From the NCBI RefSeq assembly GCF_026210795.1, contig NC_089431.1, positions 1,736,001 to 1,800,000 on the forward strand: 64,000 nucleotides of DNA, written 5' to 3'. This DNA is from Rhizophagus irregularis (lineage: Eukaryota). The notes beneath the pieces are model-generated. The model was not told where the DNA came from. It ran no database searches and worked only from the letters and a program-made list of their open reading frames with translations. This document shows, one piece after another, positions 41,078 to 54,456 of the stretch; positions within the stretch are counted from its first letter, which is position 1, and every line of letters starts with the position of its first letter. Both the position numbers and the translations under genes were made by a program.

Positions 41078-41953
41078 GAGGATCCTTAACCTGTACCCCG
41101 GGTATACGATATTATTCTGTTCCCCATTTTTCTTAAATATGATTGGCTCAAATTGTAGCCACAAATTTTGTGTAACTTTATCTTAGAAAATATCTTATTT
41201 CGCGAAAAAAAACAAGAACGAAAAAAAACAAGAGCAAAAAAAATTTAATTACACATATAACAAGAAGGAAAAAATTTTTATAACACTCAATATATTTTAT
41301 TCAGTTTTTTCAGTTTAATAATTTTATTTTGTATTTTATTAAACTTTAATAAACAAACACAAAATTTTCATAAAACTTGTATATACACAGTAAATTACTA
41401 AATTTTATTACAAAATCTATGAATACTAACTCAGACAATAACGAAAATTAATATTTAAATATTTTTATATTCATTAAACAGTTATACTTATTCAAAATTA
41501 GTTATGTTTGGTCATAATGTTTAAATTACGCGACGAAGTATCTGTATAAAATATAACAAAAAAATAAAAAAAAATAAATATAATTTCATAAATATTCACA
41601 CTTAACTTGATAAAATTAAATACTTAATAGTCCCATCTCTGCAGAACAACTTTATTTAACTCTTAAGAACGCGTTTACTTTGGATAAGCTGTTGTAATTA
41701 TATTAATAAAGTTAAAAAACAAGCGCGCACTGTAATTTTACTATAAAAACTCTTATAAACCTCAAGTAATTTTATAAAATTATTCCTGTAAAACGATTTC
41801 ATAGAAATGAGAAAAAGTGATGAAAGAAAAAGAAAGAGAGTGTGTATACAGTTTATTGTTGAAGCGTAAATGATAAACAAATAAAATCAGTGTGTGACGT
41901 AAGGGGGAACAGGATAAGTAACGTATACCCCTAGGAACAGGTTAAGATTCCCC
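41078..41953. mobile_element. Mutator-type non-autonomous element
   Basis: Degenerate ~50-bp TIR; perfect 9-bp TSD ttggtagat (41069-41077, 41954-41962). Confidence 0.85.
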
Positions 41954-42469
41954 TTGGTAGATATGCCATAATTAAACCCGTGACATGCTTTCGCCTGATA
42001 TATTTATGGTCAAAACTATTCGATCCGTGTGCATTCCAATCTTTCAGTTAATGAAATTTTACCTTAATCGGAATTTTTTTATTGATTATTGTAATGCCAG
42101 AATTATCTAGTAAATTATAGGGCGCAGTTTTATATTTAGTTTAATTATTTGTTATTTTTAGAAAATGCAACTCCTGTCACATGAGTATAAACTGGACACG
42201 TGAATTGAAGTACTATAAATCAATTACATGAACGAAAATGAGGCTTAGAAGAAACATTATTTGAATGAACGATTAGTTAAAGGAAAGTGATCTACGTTCA
42301 TAAAAGGTCTAAAATAGAGATGTAATCAGTAATTAAGGATATACTGTATTTCCTATTTTACATATTAGATTCTTTTTGCCTTTTTCTTATGATGAAAAAG
42401 TGCCACCTTAATTAATTTAAGAGTTGATAGAATTTACACATGAAGGGAGACTATCGAAGTTTAATTCGA

Positions 42470-45140
42470 TTTGTCCGTTCCTTTTTTTTTAAATTTTTCA
42501 AACCGAAAAATTTGTTTTTCTCATTCTTTTCAATTTTTTTTCCCTACCTAAAAAATTTTTTATTTTTTTTATTAAATAATCCTATTGTTTCGGTCTTTTA
42601 AGACCGATTTTTTTTTTGATCTTTTTTTTTAGACCGTATTGTTATTTTTTTTAAAAAAAAAATTTTTCGATCTTTTTTGGACCGAATTATTGTCCCTTTT
42701 TTTCAGAAATTTCACTTTTTTTAAACCGATTTCTTTCTTTTCATTTCCCCCAAATTTTTTTAATTTTTTTTTATTTTTTCTTTTTTTTCCTTATTGGTTT
42801 CTTTTTTCAACTGATTTTTCTCTTTATCTCTCTTCCCAATTTTTTTTTTTAGTTTTTTCGAATTCCTTTTTCTTTTTTTCAGTTTGGCTTTTTTTTTCAA
42901 ACCGAATTTTTCACCGTTTAGGTTTGGATCGGGTGATCGATCGGTGCTGCGGGAAATGGTAAACACCTTTTTTTTTCGTTTCTTTTTTTTTTATTGGTAA
43001 ATTTAGGATTTTTTTTACTAATACTTTTTACCCTTAATAAATTTTTTTTCATTTTTTCATCTTTTAGATTCAGATCAAGATCATTTCCGCGAAATAATCA
43101 AAATAAATATATTGTTTCTTTATTTGACTATATAACTAAAATGAATATGACTATATAATTATACTTATTTAAATATTTTTTTTATTATTATTAACAACTA
43201 TAACATTAATGCTAATAAAGAAAATGTTACTATGATACTTTTTTTATGTAAAAATAAAAATACAATTTTCTACAAATATAACGTGTAATATTATTAATAT
43301 TGTTAATACTAAAATCTATGTCTTCTCCCCAGGAAATATTTGAAGATGAAGCATCTGAACAACCACATTATCACTATGAAAAGGGGCAAAAAACCAAACA
43401 TAAATTGAGTATATCTTATAGATGGGCAGCATATTAACATAGAGCGTCATGAACTGGGAAGGATTAATCAGATTTGCACTCATTGTGGTGCTAAATTTTG
43501 GATAGACGAAAGAAACCATAATGGCAGCCAAACTTTCCTATCTTTCGCAATGTGCTGTGCTGGTGGTAAAGTCAGTTTACCACCTCTACTTGAACCACCA
43601 TCATATTTGCTAGGTTTATATACTTCATCAAGTTCTAAATCAGGTTCATTTCGCAAAAATATAAGAGCCTATATTAAATTCTGATAATGGCCAATTTTTT
43701 AAAATAAACTGCAATTGAATTTTTTTTTGATTTTTTTTTCCTGATAACAAGGCACGCCGATTTTTTTTAAAAAATTATATTTTATTTGTCAATTAATATT
43801 CTTATTTTAAATTATACTTTTTTTTTTAATCAATAACAATAGGGAGAAATCATAAAATATTCAACCATAACCATTTGGTATTGAAGTTGCATCGAATCTT
43901 TTTAATAAACTATTAGGCAAAATATTATATATTATAAAAAATGAATTTTAAATAAAAAGAATCATTTTTCACGGTAAATGGAAAAAGTACAATAAGGAAA
44001 TTCATCCGGATGTTTCAAAAAAATCTTTATTAATAGTTTTTAATTTTTGATTTAATAGTTGACAGAACACTCCAACGTGATTCATCTGCGCCTGATCTAT
44101 TCCATAATTATTAGTGGGTCATGTGTACATTCGATGGCCAATCTGAGAAATTTTAATCGAATAGTTTTTTTTTGCTAATTAACGAAAAAAGCTTAATTTG
44201 TTTTACTAATCACGTTCATATCCTCTCTTTCAATCTGCTGCCAGCAGATCGTGGATTTTTTTTCAGTTAGACTAGATCTTTTTTTATTTAATAATATTTT
44301 TTTTCGGCCTTTTTAGACCATATCTTTTTTTTTAATAATATTTTTTTTTTAATCTCCTTTTTTTGAGACTGGATCTTTTTTTTCAGTCTTTTTTTAGATT
44401 GGAACATTTTTTGATATTTTTTTTTTTATTTCTTTTTGTTATACCGGATTTTTTTTAATATTTTTAAAAAAACCGAGATTTTAATAATTTTTCTTTACAA
44501 TTTTTTAAAACTGAATCTTTAATATTTCTCATCCTGGTTTTTTTCTCTTTATAATAATCTATACAAATATGTTTTTATATTATTTCTTTTTATGTATAGA
44601 TATTAGTATCATTATTATTTATTTCGTCCTTTAGGCTTAGATCTAGATCAGTGATTGGACCTTTAACGTACAATTATTTTTTATTTTCTAGAATCCATAG
44701 AAACAATAAATTTCACTAAACTCAACAATACTACATGGTTAATTTTACTAATAATATTAACAATTTACTTTAATAATTCGTTTTTATAGTTTTTATAGAT
44801 AAAAACAACTAAAGAAAGAAAATTCACAGGTTAGACTGACGCACTGACACTGCAATCAAACAGTAAGTATGATTTTTATTTTAATAATTTTCTTTTCTAT
44901 TTTTCTTGTTCACTTCTTAGGTTTGGATCGGCGATACAATCAAAATAAAATATTTTTTAAAATTGAATAAATATACTTTGTTTGATTTTTTTAGTTAGAA
45001 TAAGTATATTTTTTTTTTACTTAAAATAAAAAAAAACGTGTTAATATTATAAGATCATAATTTATCTAAATATAAAACAAAAATAGTATATTGGTTTAAA
45101 AATCATTTAATCCTGTTGCAACGCAACAGGTTGCAGCTAG
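42470..45140 (+). mobile_element. Internally deleted Helitron (5' boundary approximate)
   Basis: 3' hairpin cctgttgc-aac-gcaacagg followed by CTAG|T at 45137-45141; contains a RepHel N-terminal relic. Confidence 0.75.
43443..43684 (+). pseudogene. Helitron Rep/helicase N-terminal fragment
   Basis: ERHELGRINQICTHCGAKFWIDE..(frameshift)..FAMCCAGGKVSLPPLLEPPSYLLGLY...FRKNIRAY, the typical CxxC/CC-GKV-LP...NIRxYN motif. Confidence 0.85.
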
Positions 45141-45614
45141 TACAAAACTAAAGTAAAAGTAAGGATGCCCCGTAATGTGATGAAAACATACTAAAGTTAG
45201 AACTGTCCAACAAGAAAAGCGCCCACACACTAAAAAAAAAGTGACATACTTTTCTTTCAGAATATAAGCGAGATCGCTTCATCTTATTCAAAATTTGTAA
45301 AAAAAAAAAAGAAAAACTGCCTTGGGAATGACAAAAATAATGTCTATATAAGAATTAATTTTTGTAATGAAGGATAAACTACTTATGATAGTTCATCAGT
45401 AACTTGACTTGCAGCAGCTTAGATCGTGTTATTAATGTCTTACTTTTAAGATAAATATTTGAATTACTAATGAATTTGAATTGCATTTGAAAAAGACGAA
45501 AATCAAACATTAATTAAGATATTAAAAGAAAGCTCAATTTCAATAATTTATGAAAACAATGTTACCACGAGTTTCAACTAATCTTTTGAATAATTTATGT
45601 ACTTTAGAACAATC

Positions 45615-45725
45615 TTTTTTGCACTAATTCCATATGCCTAATTTACATTGTGCGTCTTTTATCACCGTTTTCTGCTACATTTAATACTAATTAAAAGTAC
45701 CATTTTCTCTATTATTCAGTCATTA
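45615..45725 (-). pseudogene. Relic first SEL1 repeat of a further paralog
   Basis: Frameshifted VAENGDK/DAQCKLGI...GISAKKD; the upstream AT-rich sequence loosely resembles ~39850-39890. Confidence 0.45.
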
Positions 45726-46787
45726 TTTAGATAATTCAAATGACATTATTAAAATTAAAATTAAGAAAAATAAACTTTAGAAAAATTTTAGAAACTTTTC
45801 TTAACCAAATCATACTAAAACAGATATCGTAAACTGAATACTTTGGTGAAATTGCGGTGCAGTACTAGTACAATACGTTATAAATCACTAGTAATAAATA
45901 ATTGGGCAATAATTAAATTTACGTTATACTAATTCTGAAGCTTTTGCATAAAAATTCAAAACTATTTTTACTTTGTATTAGATGTTTCAATATATACAGT
46001 GGGTATGTGGTATTTTTAAGTAATAAAACTACTACACTTGTGCATTGTAGCATAAATCTATAACATTAATTTCTGACTTAATCATTTTTCATTAAAGTTT
46101 AAACAAATAACAAATAACAAAATTAATAAACTTGATAAATGCTAAAATTATAACCTCTTATTTAGTAAGTCACAATCATAACATATTCAATGTAATTTTT
46201 ATATAACACTTTTTACTAATATATCTTAAATATCTATGAGTCGTAGATGTTTTTATAATGAAATGGTTTTTCCATTTTACGACGTAATTTTAGCATTTTG
46301 ATTAAATGAAAAGACTTTGTTGCTAACTCAAAGAAGAATTTATAACTAAATATCATATCTCATGTAAATAATATATAACGAAGAAAGATATATGAGTCTT
46401 GTAGCGTAATGTAATTTAATTTGCAAATTTTAAAAATAATATTTGTATATTAAAAATTTTAGAAAGAATGAATTTATATAACAAAAGATGTGTTAATGAA
46501 CAGTTTCGAATACCAAGGCCAAGTACAGTTTAAAGGAAAAGCTCACTCAATAAAACAATTCTTTTCCTGTATTGAACGCTTATCTTGTAATACTAATGGT
46601 TATTAGATGATAATATAGAAGAAGTGGATGTGATATTAGCGTGTTTGGACATTCTTGATCACAATAGTTTATAACAGAATAGAATAAGATGTTGCATTTG
46701 ATTACGTTGTTTCCTTTTTTCCTTTTGGAAAATAGAAATATTTTATTAATAATAGCGTGATACAACACAAAAACATGCTTTATTCCG

Positions 46788-46921
46788 CAGTGTTGGCAAA
46801 TGACCTTGAAATGACCTTGAAATGACCTTTAAATGACCTGATTACGTCATGATTTTACTATGAATATATCACGTGATCATATACGAAAAAAGTGAAATGA
46901 CCTCAAAATTTGCCAACACTG
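46788..46921. mobile_element. hAT-type MITE
   Basis: TIR cagtgttggcaaat; perfect 8-bp TSD ttattccg. Confidence 0.92.
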
Positions 46922-47431
46922 TTATTCCGTGATTTACTAATTTATTCCAATATCATTCTATTACTTTCACTTTACATTTTCATATTACGCTATTAATAAA
47001 TTATGCTTAAAATATAAAATGATTGTTTTTATAGTCACATGATTCTATATTACACAATGTAAAATTAGTTGATATTTTAAAATCTGAATTTGATATTAGG
47101 TCTAATATAAAAGCTTAAGAAAAGTATAATTAAAAGCTTAGCTGACTAATCAAATGATCGCTTGATAAATGGAATGATGTGGCACTACTCATCATTGTCA
47201 TGTGATAAATAAATATAAAAATCAGATATTTTTTAATTTGTCATGTTCATGTTAATTGCTTTTGCATTATTGCTTTAAAACATTTGTGTAAAAAAATAAA
47301 AATATTATAAATATTTTCATTTATCATTCATATTATTTGCTTTAAAAAAAAACTACACAGCTGTCATGTCTCAAATAAAACCATTCGTCACTACAAGAAA
47401 TTACAAAGGACAAAAAAACTGTATCCATTAA

Positions 47432-47582
47432 GGGTCAGATATTATCTAATATTTTAGGGGGAGGGGTAACTAAAGATTTTATGTTACATATAATACTATA
47501 TAAGGAATTATATATATAATATATCTTACCTTGGGGTAAGCTCTTATATTAAAGTGATATTAGGTAATATCTGACAGTGCCC
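47432..47582. mobile_element. PIF/Harbinger-type MITE
   Basis: ggg..tcagatattatctaatat / atattaggtaatatctgacagtgccc; TAA on both flanks. Confidence 0.7.
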
Positions 47583-48645
47583 TAAGTATATTTCTTTATA
47601 CAGCAAGTCCTTTCCTTTAGGTTGCCTTTGTGAGGTCACTCTTTTTGATGCATTGAAATGGCATGGATTCATGGAGTGATTCCACTTTAAGTGATTTGCT
47701 TGTAGGCTGCAAGGGACATACAACCTAGAGAAAATAAGTTTATTTATTCTGGAAGAGGAATCAGTTATGTGCCATCTTATTATTAAAAGAAACAGAGAAA
47801 ATATCTTTACAGTATTTAATGAGCACTTTTATTAACAAGCTTCTATTTATTTAAGATAACAAGGAAATTGAAATAGATAACCAAGAAGAAGCAAGTGCGA
47901 TATTATATCATTTGATGAATATGTTAATGATTTGGGAATTTGATACACAAGTTCCAGGTTGGTTACAAAAGCAATGAAAAAACATAAATCATTAACTTCA
48001 CAAACTCTCACAACTGAAAGAATAAAACTCAAATTTTCAAAAGAGTAAGTGCTTATTAATAAACACTAGTCTATTTTGTTGTTGATGTTATTGAACCTAA
48101 TCAATTTATTATTGGTGGCATATTATTGATGTGTCAGATCTGAAGATTGTCTCAAGACTTCCTTTCTGAAACAAAACTAAATTCCAAGATTTCATTTACT
48201 TCTAATATTGAAAATTCTGTAGATGATTGGACTGTACTTAGAACTACAGCTGAGAGATGTCTTCAGTTTCTTAGTAAGGTAAATTATGATGATAAAATAT
48301 TTTGATTTTTAATTATTTTGTTTACCTACACTGTTGATTTCTAGCTGGACAGCAATGAACTTCATAAAATTGGAGAACTAGTAAAACCAAAGGAATTTTT
48401 GACAATGATGACAAGAATCTGTAGTTACTTCTATTGAAGAAAATGATTACTTAGACAAAGATATCAGTTACATTTTGGAATTAATTCAATTTATGTGTTA
48501 ATTTGATAGTTCTCACTTTATCAAACAGATTTTCAGATTGCATACTAATCTCCTGTTTTCTACTATTCTGTGGAATATGTTTGATATATCTATGATTATA
48601 TTATTATTTGTCCATTATTTCAAACATATGTAAGTATGGTTACTA

Positions 48646-49552
48646 CAGATGGTGGCCTAAATGATCTGGCCATTTTTTAATGCAAAAAGATTTACATACA
48701 TATTATATATTAGAGATAAAATTTTAAGTTAAATATAATCATTACATTTTTATTTATTAATTTAAATAAAAATTTAATAATAAATTCTATCTCTATTTGC
48801 AATAATGGCTGCATCAATACTGAGATAGTATGCTATTAATTGGTTTTTAATAATATTCTAGAAAAATATTTTTTCCATGTGATTTCAATATTCTTCCTAA
48901 GTACTTTTAACATAAAATTTAATAAGTTATAGTAAGTATAATATTGCATAAGTCTTATATAACAATATTTTTTATAATTATAGGTTCTATGCAAATGTAA
49001 TTATTATGCAAGTTTTTGGAGCTTTGTAAGTTCATATAATTTAAATTTAAAAATGATCTAGTGATTAGATTTTCATGATTTTAGATTTATTATATTTGTC
49101 TCATTAAGAGGATTAGAATTATAATAATTTTGCATTTGTAGAATTCAATCTTTGGCATGTAATTACACTTTAAAGTCTAAACATTGAATTTAAACATTTT
49201 CTACAATATCTTTTGTTTTTAATAATTGGATTTTCATAATTTTTAGCTCATTAGATTCGCCTCATTGAGAGGATTCAGATGGTGGTAAATTCATGATTAT
49301 CTGATCGATATTGACTGAATTAGAATATTTTTAATCTTATAAATTTTTTGTTGTGTAATTGTAAAAATTCATGCAGTAAATGGTTCCATATTTCCAAAAA
49401 AATTCTGAAATAATACGAAAGAATTGAAGTATGGAAATTTATTTATTGTCATTATTAATACAAAATTAGAAGTATTTTATATCATATCAACATGTAATGA
49501 TCTGTGTAATTTAGGCAAAATAAACTGGCCAGATCATTTAGGCCACCATCTG
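48646..49552. mobile_element. Tc1/mariner-type non-autonomous element
   Basis: Perfect 27-bp TIR cagatggtggcctaaatgatctggcca, TA TSD. Confidence 0.92.
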
Positions 49553-52500
49553 TATATTAGCAGTTATTCTTATATTTAGTTTATTCACAGCTTTTATTAT
49601 ACATTAACTATAATTTGATTAGATGTAAACTGTTAAAAAAAGGAATTCCACAATGAAAAAATTCTGAAAGAGATATTAACATATTTATTAAATGACATAT
49701 ATTTCATATTTTGAAGATATTCTTGACTGTCACTTGTAGGTTTATTATCATTCTAAGTGTATTTATAGATGATAATAATACTAATTATTTTTTTCAATTA
49801 AGTAATGGAGATATGATCTCAAGAGCATCCAGAGATAAATGAAGTAGTACAGTAGCTACTTTGGATAATGCAGAAGGATTCCAATATTAATTGGATATTT
49901 ACAGTATAGATAAACTTTTTGTTATCTATCTCAGAATTTATTTATTATTAACAGAAGTTACAAGAAACATGAATTAGGCAAAGATTCACTATGGGATCAA
50001 GAATTTTCTGTATGTGAATCAAAAATATGGTGATATGAAGGATATTCTCAAGATCAGAAAACACTCTGTGATATGCATAAAACCTTGTAAAAGTGATCAT
50101 AATGGAGAGTAGTAGATCACTTTCAAAAGAGGTTTTGCATACTTATACAAAACTTTACATGTCTGGATTTGTTTAAAATCCTTTTTTGTCTGTGCTATTC
50201 TCATTATTTACATGAAAGCTGAATTCTACTTATCATTTATCATTTGAGTTGGCAAAATTTAATATTTTTATTATATATAATGAACTTGGTGAAGCCATTA
50301 AAATTGTGTGAATTATGTTACAAATTAAGTTTGGATAGAATTTAATCATTTTGAATTGCTCAACTTCTAGAATATAAATCAGTTTTATTCACCACCTGTA
50401 TTTTTGTTAATTATTACATACAGAAGTTGCTACATTCTACTATTTCTCAATTCAAGCTTATAAAGAGAAGGCAGAAAAAGAAAATTTTATCTCTGAAAAG
50501 TGGTTATAATTTATGAGTGGTAATAGTAGTAGAGAGTACCAAACACCAAAAAAATCAATGAAATCATGTAAAAAAACACTATGATAAATGACATGTCATT
50601 TTCTTGCATGAAGTAACAAAATTAATTATTATTATTATTATTAAATATATTAATATAATAGTCAGTTAGGCTTCTGTTTAATTTACAAAATGACAAATAA
50701 TAAATCTCTTGCTTATGTGCAGTATATCTTATTAGTAATAATTATAATAAATGCATAGTATGAAGTGGTACTTAAGTGATTATTCGTTGCATAACTTTAT
50801 TCTTTTAGGATATTACTTTCATAATAAAGTTAAATTTAAACAAAAATAAATAAAAGTTTTCATATTTTTAAATGAAAAAGTAAAATCTATTTAATTTACT
50901 TCATGAATAGTGTGAAAATAAAGTAGTTGAAATAATAGGACTTTTTATCAAAGAAATGGGTGCAACTTACAAAATCATGCATATCAAGTTCCCTCTAAAC
51001 ATTAAAACATGACAAGCAAACCATGTTAATTCTTTCTAGTCATAAAAAAGAGGGCTCCAATTATATTATAGCAGACATTGGCGGAATTCATGAAAAACGA
51101 TAACTGATAACTTGATCATTGTGGACTGTAGAGAGAAAAATAGACGTATTAAATTTCCAAGATGAGTAATGAGCTGTATTGTATTTACAAACACTGATTT
51201 TTTTTTTAATAAGTTAACCGCATGAGCATTTCTTCATCTACACAAAGTGTACAAAGTCTCACTACCAATCGCTAAAACAAGATAAGTCCAAAATTTCTTT
51301 GCATAATTTGTTTTCTAGCAATGTTATTTATCCTGAAGACTCCATTTTTCTATTACAGGGAGTCAGATGCTGGAGCAATTTATTATGCATGTAAAAGTAA
51401 AAAGGTTAATGAAAATGAGCACGTCTTTATCACTCCATCTATTTCTGGTGCGACATTCTTTGAGTTTGCTTGACTTTGAAACATCACAATACAACAAAAA
51501 TAATAAGTAAAAAAGCGGTAGTGAGTAACAATAGTAAATATTTTTATGGGAACTTTCTGTTTCAAATCTCAAGAATAGTTATGCACAATAGGCATAATAC
51601 ACATTAAAATAATACTAGTGAAAAAAATTGATAACTTCAAGAGAGCAACGATAATTGAAATTCGAGGGTATAGTTGTGCTTGCGGTAGGTTAATCCATAT
51701 ATCACTTCACGGTTACGTGACTTTATAAGGTATTCTATTTTGGATGTATTAAGCATATTTTTTGCTTCAATATGTACTATCATAATTACCCATCAAAGGA
51801 ATAACCACATTTCCATATTTCTTCATGTTTACTCTTTTTGGAAATTCGGATTGAATTCGTAGAACAATATTTTACAGAAGTATATTTCTATCGTGTGTGA
51901 TAACATGATCGTATCCTATCGATCTAACAATCCTACTCTATCGCCATATACTGTATTTATGATATTTCAATAGTAAGCTAAAAAGTTAATATTACATACA
52001 TCAGTAGATAAATGTAGATTTTTATTGATTGTGTCCGAGATGTTTCATGTAATTGACTTAGCGTGTAATTAATTTGACAGCAATAAAGTAATATAAGTGA
52101 TATAATCGAATTGCTCTGTAATTATATCAGATAAAAAAATAACTTATATTTAGCAGTTTTTTTATCAAATGAACATGGTTAAGGGGTTAAGGGTTCGGTA
52201 TATTAATTACATCGTCCCCACATATGTTTTTTTTTACTTCATTCCAAAAAAAAAAAAAATCTTTCCAATATTTTTTCTAACTTTGCTTGAAAATATCCGT
52301 TAGAGAGCCAGAATTGACTTTTTATAATTTATATCATTATAAATACTATAAAAATCACTTTATTGTTGTACATAAAATGGATCCCGAACCGAAGGAAGGT
52401 ACTCAAGCACTATTTACAGTATTGGAATTCTTCTCTGGCTATTTCTTGTATTTCAAATAAACTTTAAAGAGGCATAATGTAATAAAGCTTATAATGAAAA

Positions 52501-54456
52501 ACTACCATATTATATCAAAAAATTATTGAGCATTATTTATTTATTTAAATAAATTTTTACTAATATTTTATTTTTCCCTTTAAAAAATTTAATACTTTGT
52601 GAAGTAATAATCAGATATTATAATTATATAAAAAATAAATTAATTATACGGTTTGCATTTGTGGAATTATTTATCTTAATATATAATATTAAAAAGAAAG
52701 TATTTTTATTAAGTTTTGTCAATTTCAGAAATATTAATAAATGCTTAAAATTTAATATATAGATAGGATGTATGTATATTTTCTTTGAATATATATCATA
52801 TATTTTCGTAGTGGATCACGTAATATTATCAAAATTGATCGTCACATAATCATCCTTGTTAACATTTATTATTTTAGTTTTAGCTAGTTGTTACAGTTGT
52901 TAAAAGCTATAATCAAGTTTAAATGACCTATATTTAATTAAAGTTAAAATGTAAATTTTTTTGTTTTTATTTTTGTTTTATATTTGTTTTCTTTTTTTTT
53001 ATGTATGTTTGTAGTTCTCCCCCTTTTATCTTTCACGTCCAGATATTCACCCTCCTTTTATTATAGTTTTTAAACTTTTAATAACATCCAAGATATTTTA
53101 TGTAGCAATCATTTCTTCATCTACTCATCGATCATTTTTTGTTTATTATTACCTTGCCTTTACCACCAGGTGGATGTTGTCCTCGACGTGTAGATTAGCT
53201 TAAACCTAGCGTTACAGTACCAGAATCTATGATTCTTACAGCTACTATTTAATCCGCACTGTTATGTAAAAATAAAATTAAAAATAAAAATATCACACGT
53301 ATAGTATATAACTTTAATTGACTAAATAAAACATCATACATTCAATATCTGAATAAAATGAAAGCTTTCCTTTATCTTTACTGCCTGTTTCCATCTCAGA
53401 CGTTTCTTTGAAACGCTAGAACTGTTACTACAATCACTACAACGTGGAATGCTACTCTCGTAACATCCAAATTTTCACCATTCACATGTAATTCAATCAA
53501 TTCAATCGTTATATTTTATAACAAAATAAACTATTTAATGCACTTAAACAATATTTGTGAAAAAAATGCAACACGAAAAATTTTTAACATACGAAATTTT
53601 TGAATGAGTGACCGGGTTGTTAAAGTTAAACTTTAATGTTAAAGTCATTATGTCAGGCTAAAAAATTTTTTGCTTAAAGATAAAACTCAGGTGGCCGGGT
53701 CACACTAGGTCAATTTTAGATAAGGGAATACACAAACATACACACCACCCACCACATATGCAACCCACACTCCCAACCTACATACCTAAAAGAATATGTA
53801 AACAAAGGGAACTGTATCTAAGCTAATAAAGAGAAGATACTCTTGGTTCATCTAATGAGTTACTTATCAAATAATTATTTAACCATGTTCAAAGTTATTT
53901 AATCGAAAATAAAAGAAGACCTAAAGTAAAAGAGAAGAGAATGAGACTTCCACGTCCAGAGAGACGCCTAAAAAAAGAAGAAGAAAATCAAACGGTTAGT
54001 AGTGTTCGTTAATATAAAAAAAAACAATGTAATGCAGTAATATACCTAGTAAATTTATTAATTGTGGGGCGCAGTATTATATTTAAAATTAGTATATAAA
54101 AATTTAGTATTTTTAAATTGTATCCCGTTATAAAATTAGCGTCCGAAATTGACGTTAAACTAGTAGATTATTAAAATCAAGTGATTTGAAATATCAGGTG
54201 ACTAATTTGTAGATCATGACGTTAATATTAAAATTATCAGGTTTCACCATTAAGGAGGTAATGACGATCATTATGGGTAGAAGTAAACAAAGGTTTTAAA
54301 GATAATCTTATGGAAAGGTTAGATTTTATAAAGATAATCTTATGGAAATTTTGAAGTTAAAATCCATAATTTAAATCATAAAATTAGTGAAACGTAAACA
54401 AATATAAATATTAGGAATAATGTGACCACCCCAAAGATAAGTTACAATTGAAGAGT

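Noticed and set aside
53170..53230. HDV-like ribozyme suggested by TCCTCG
   Set aside because: P1, P2 and P3 pairings of the nested double pseudoknot could not be built
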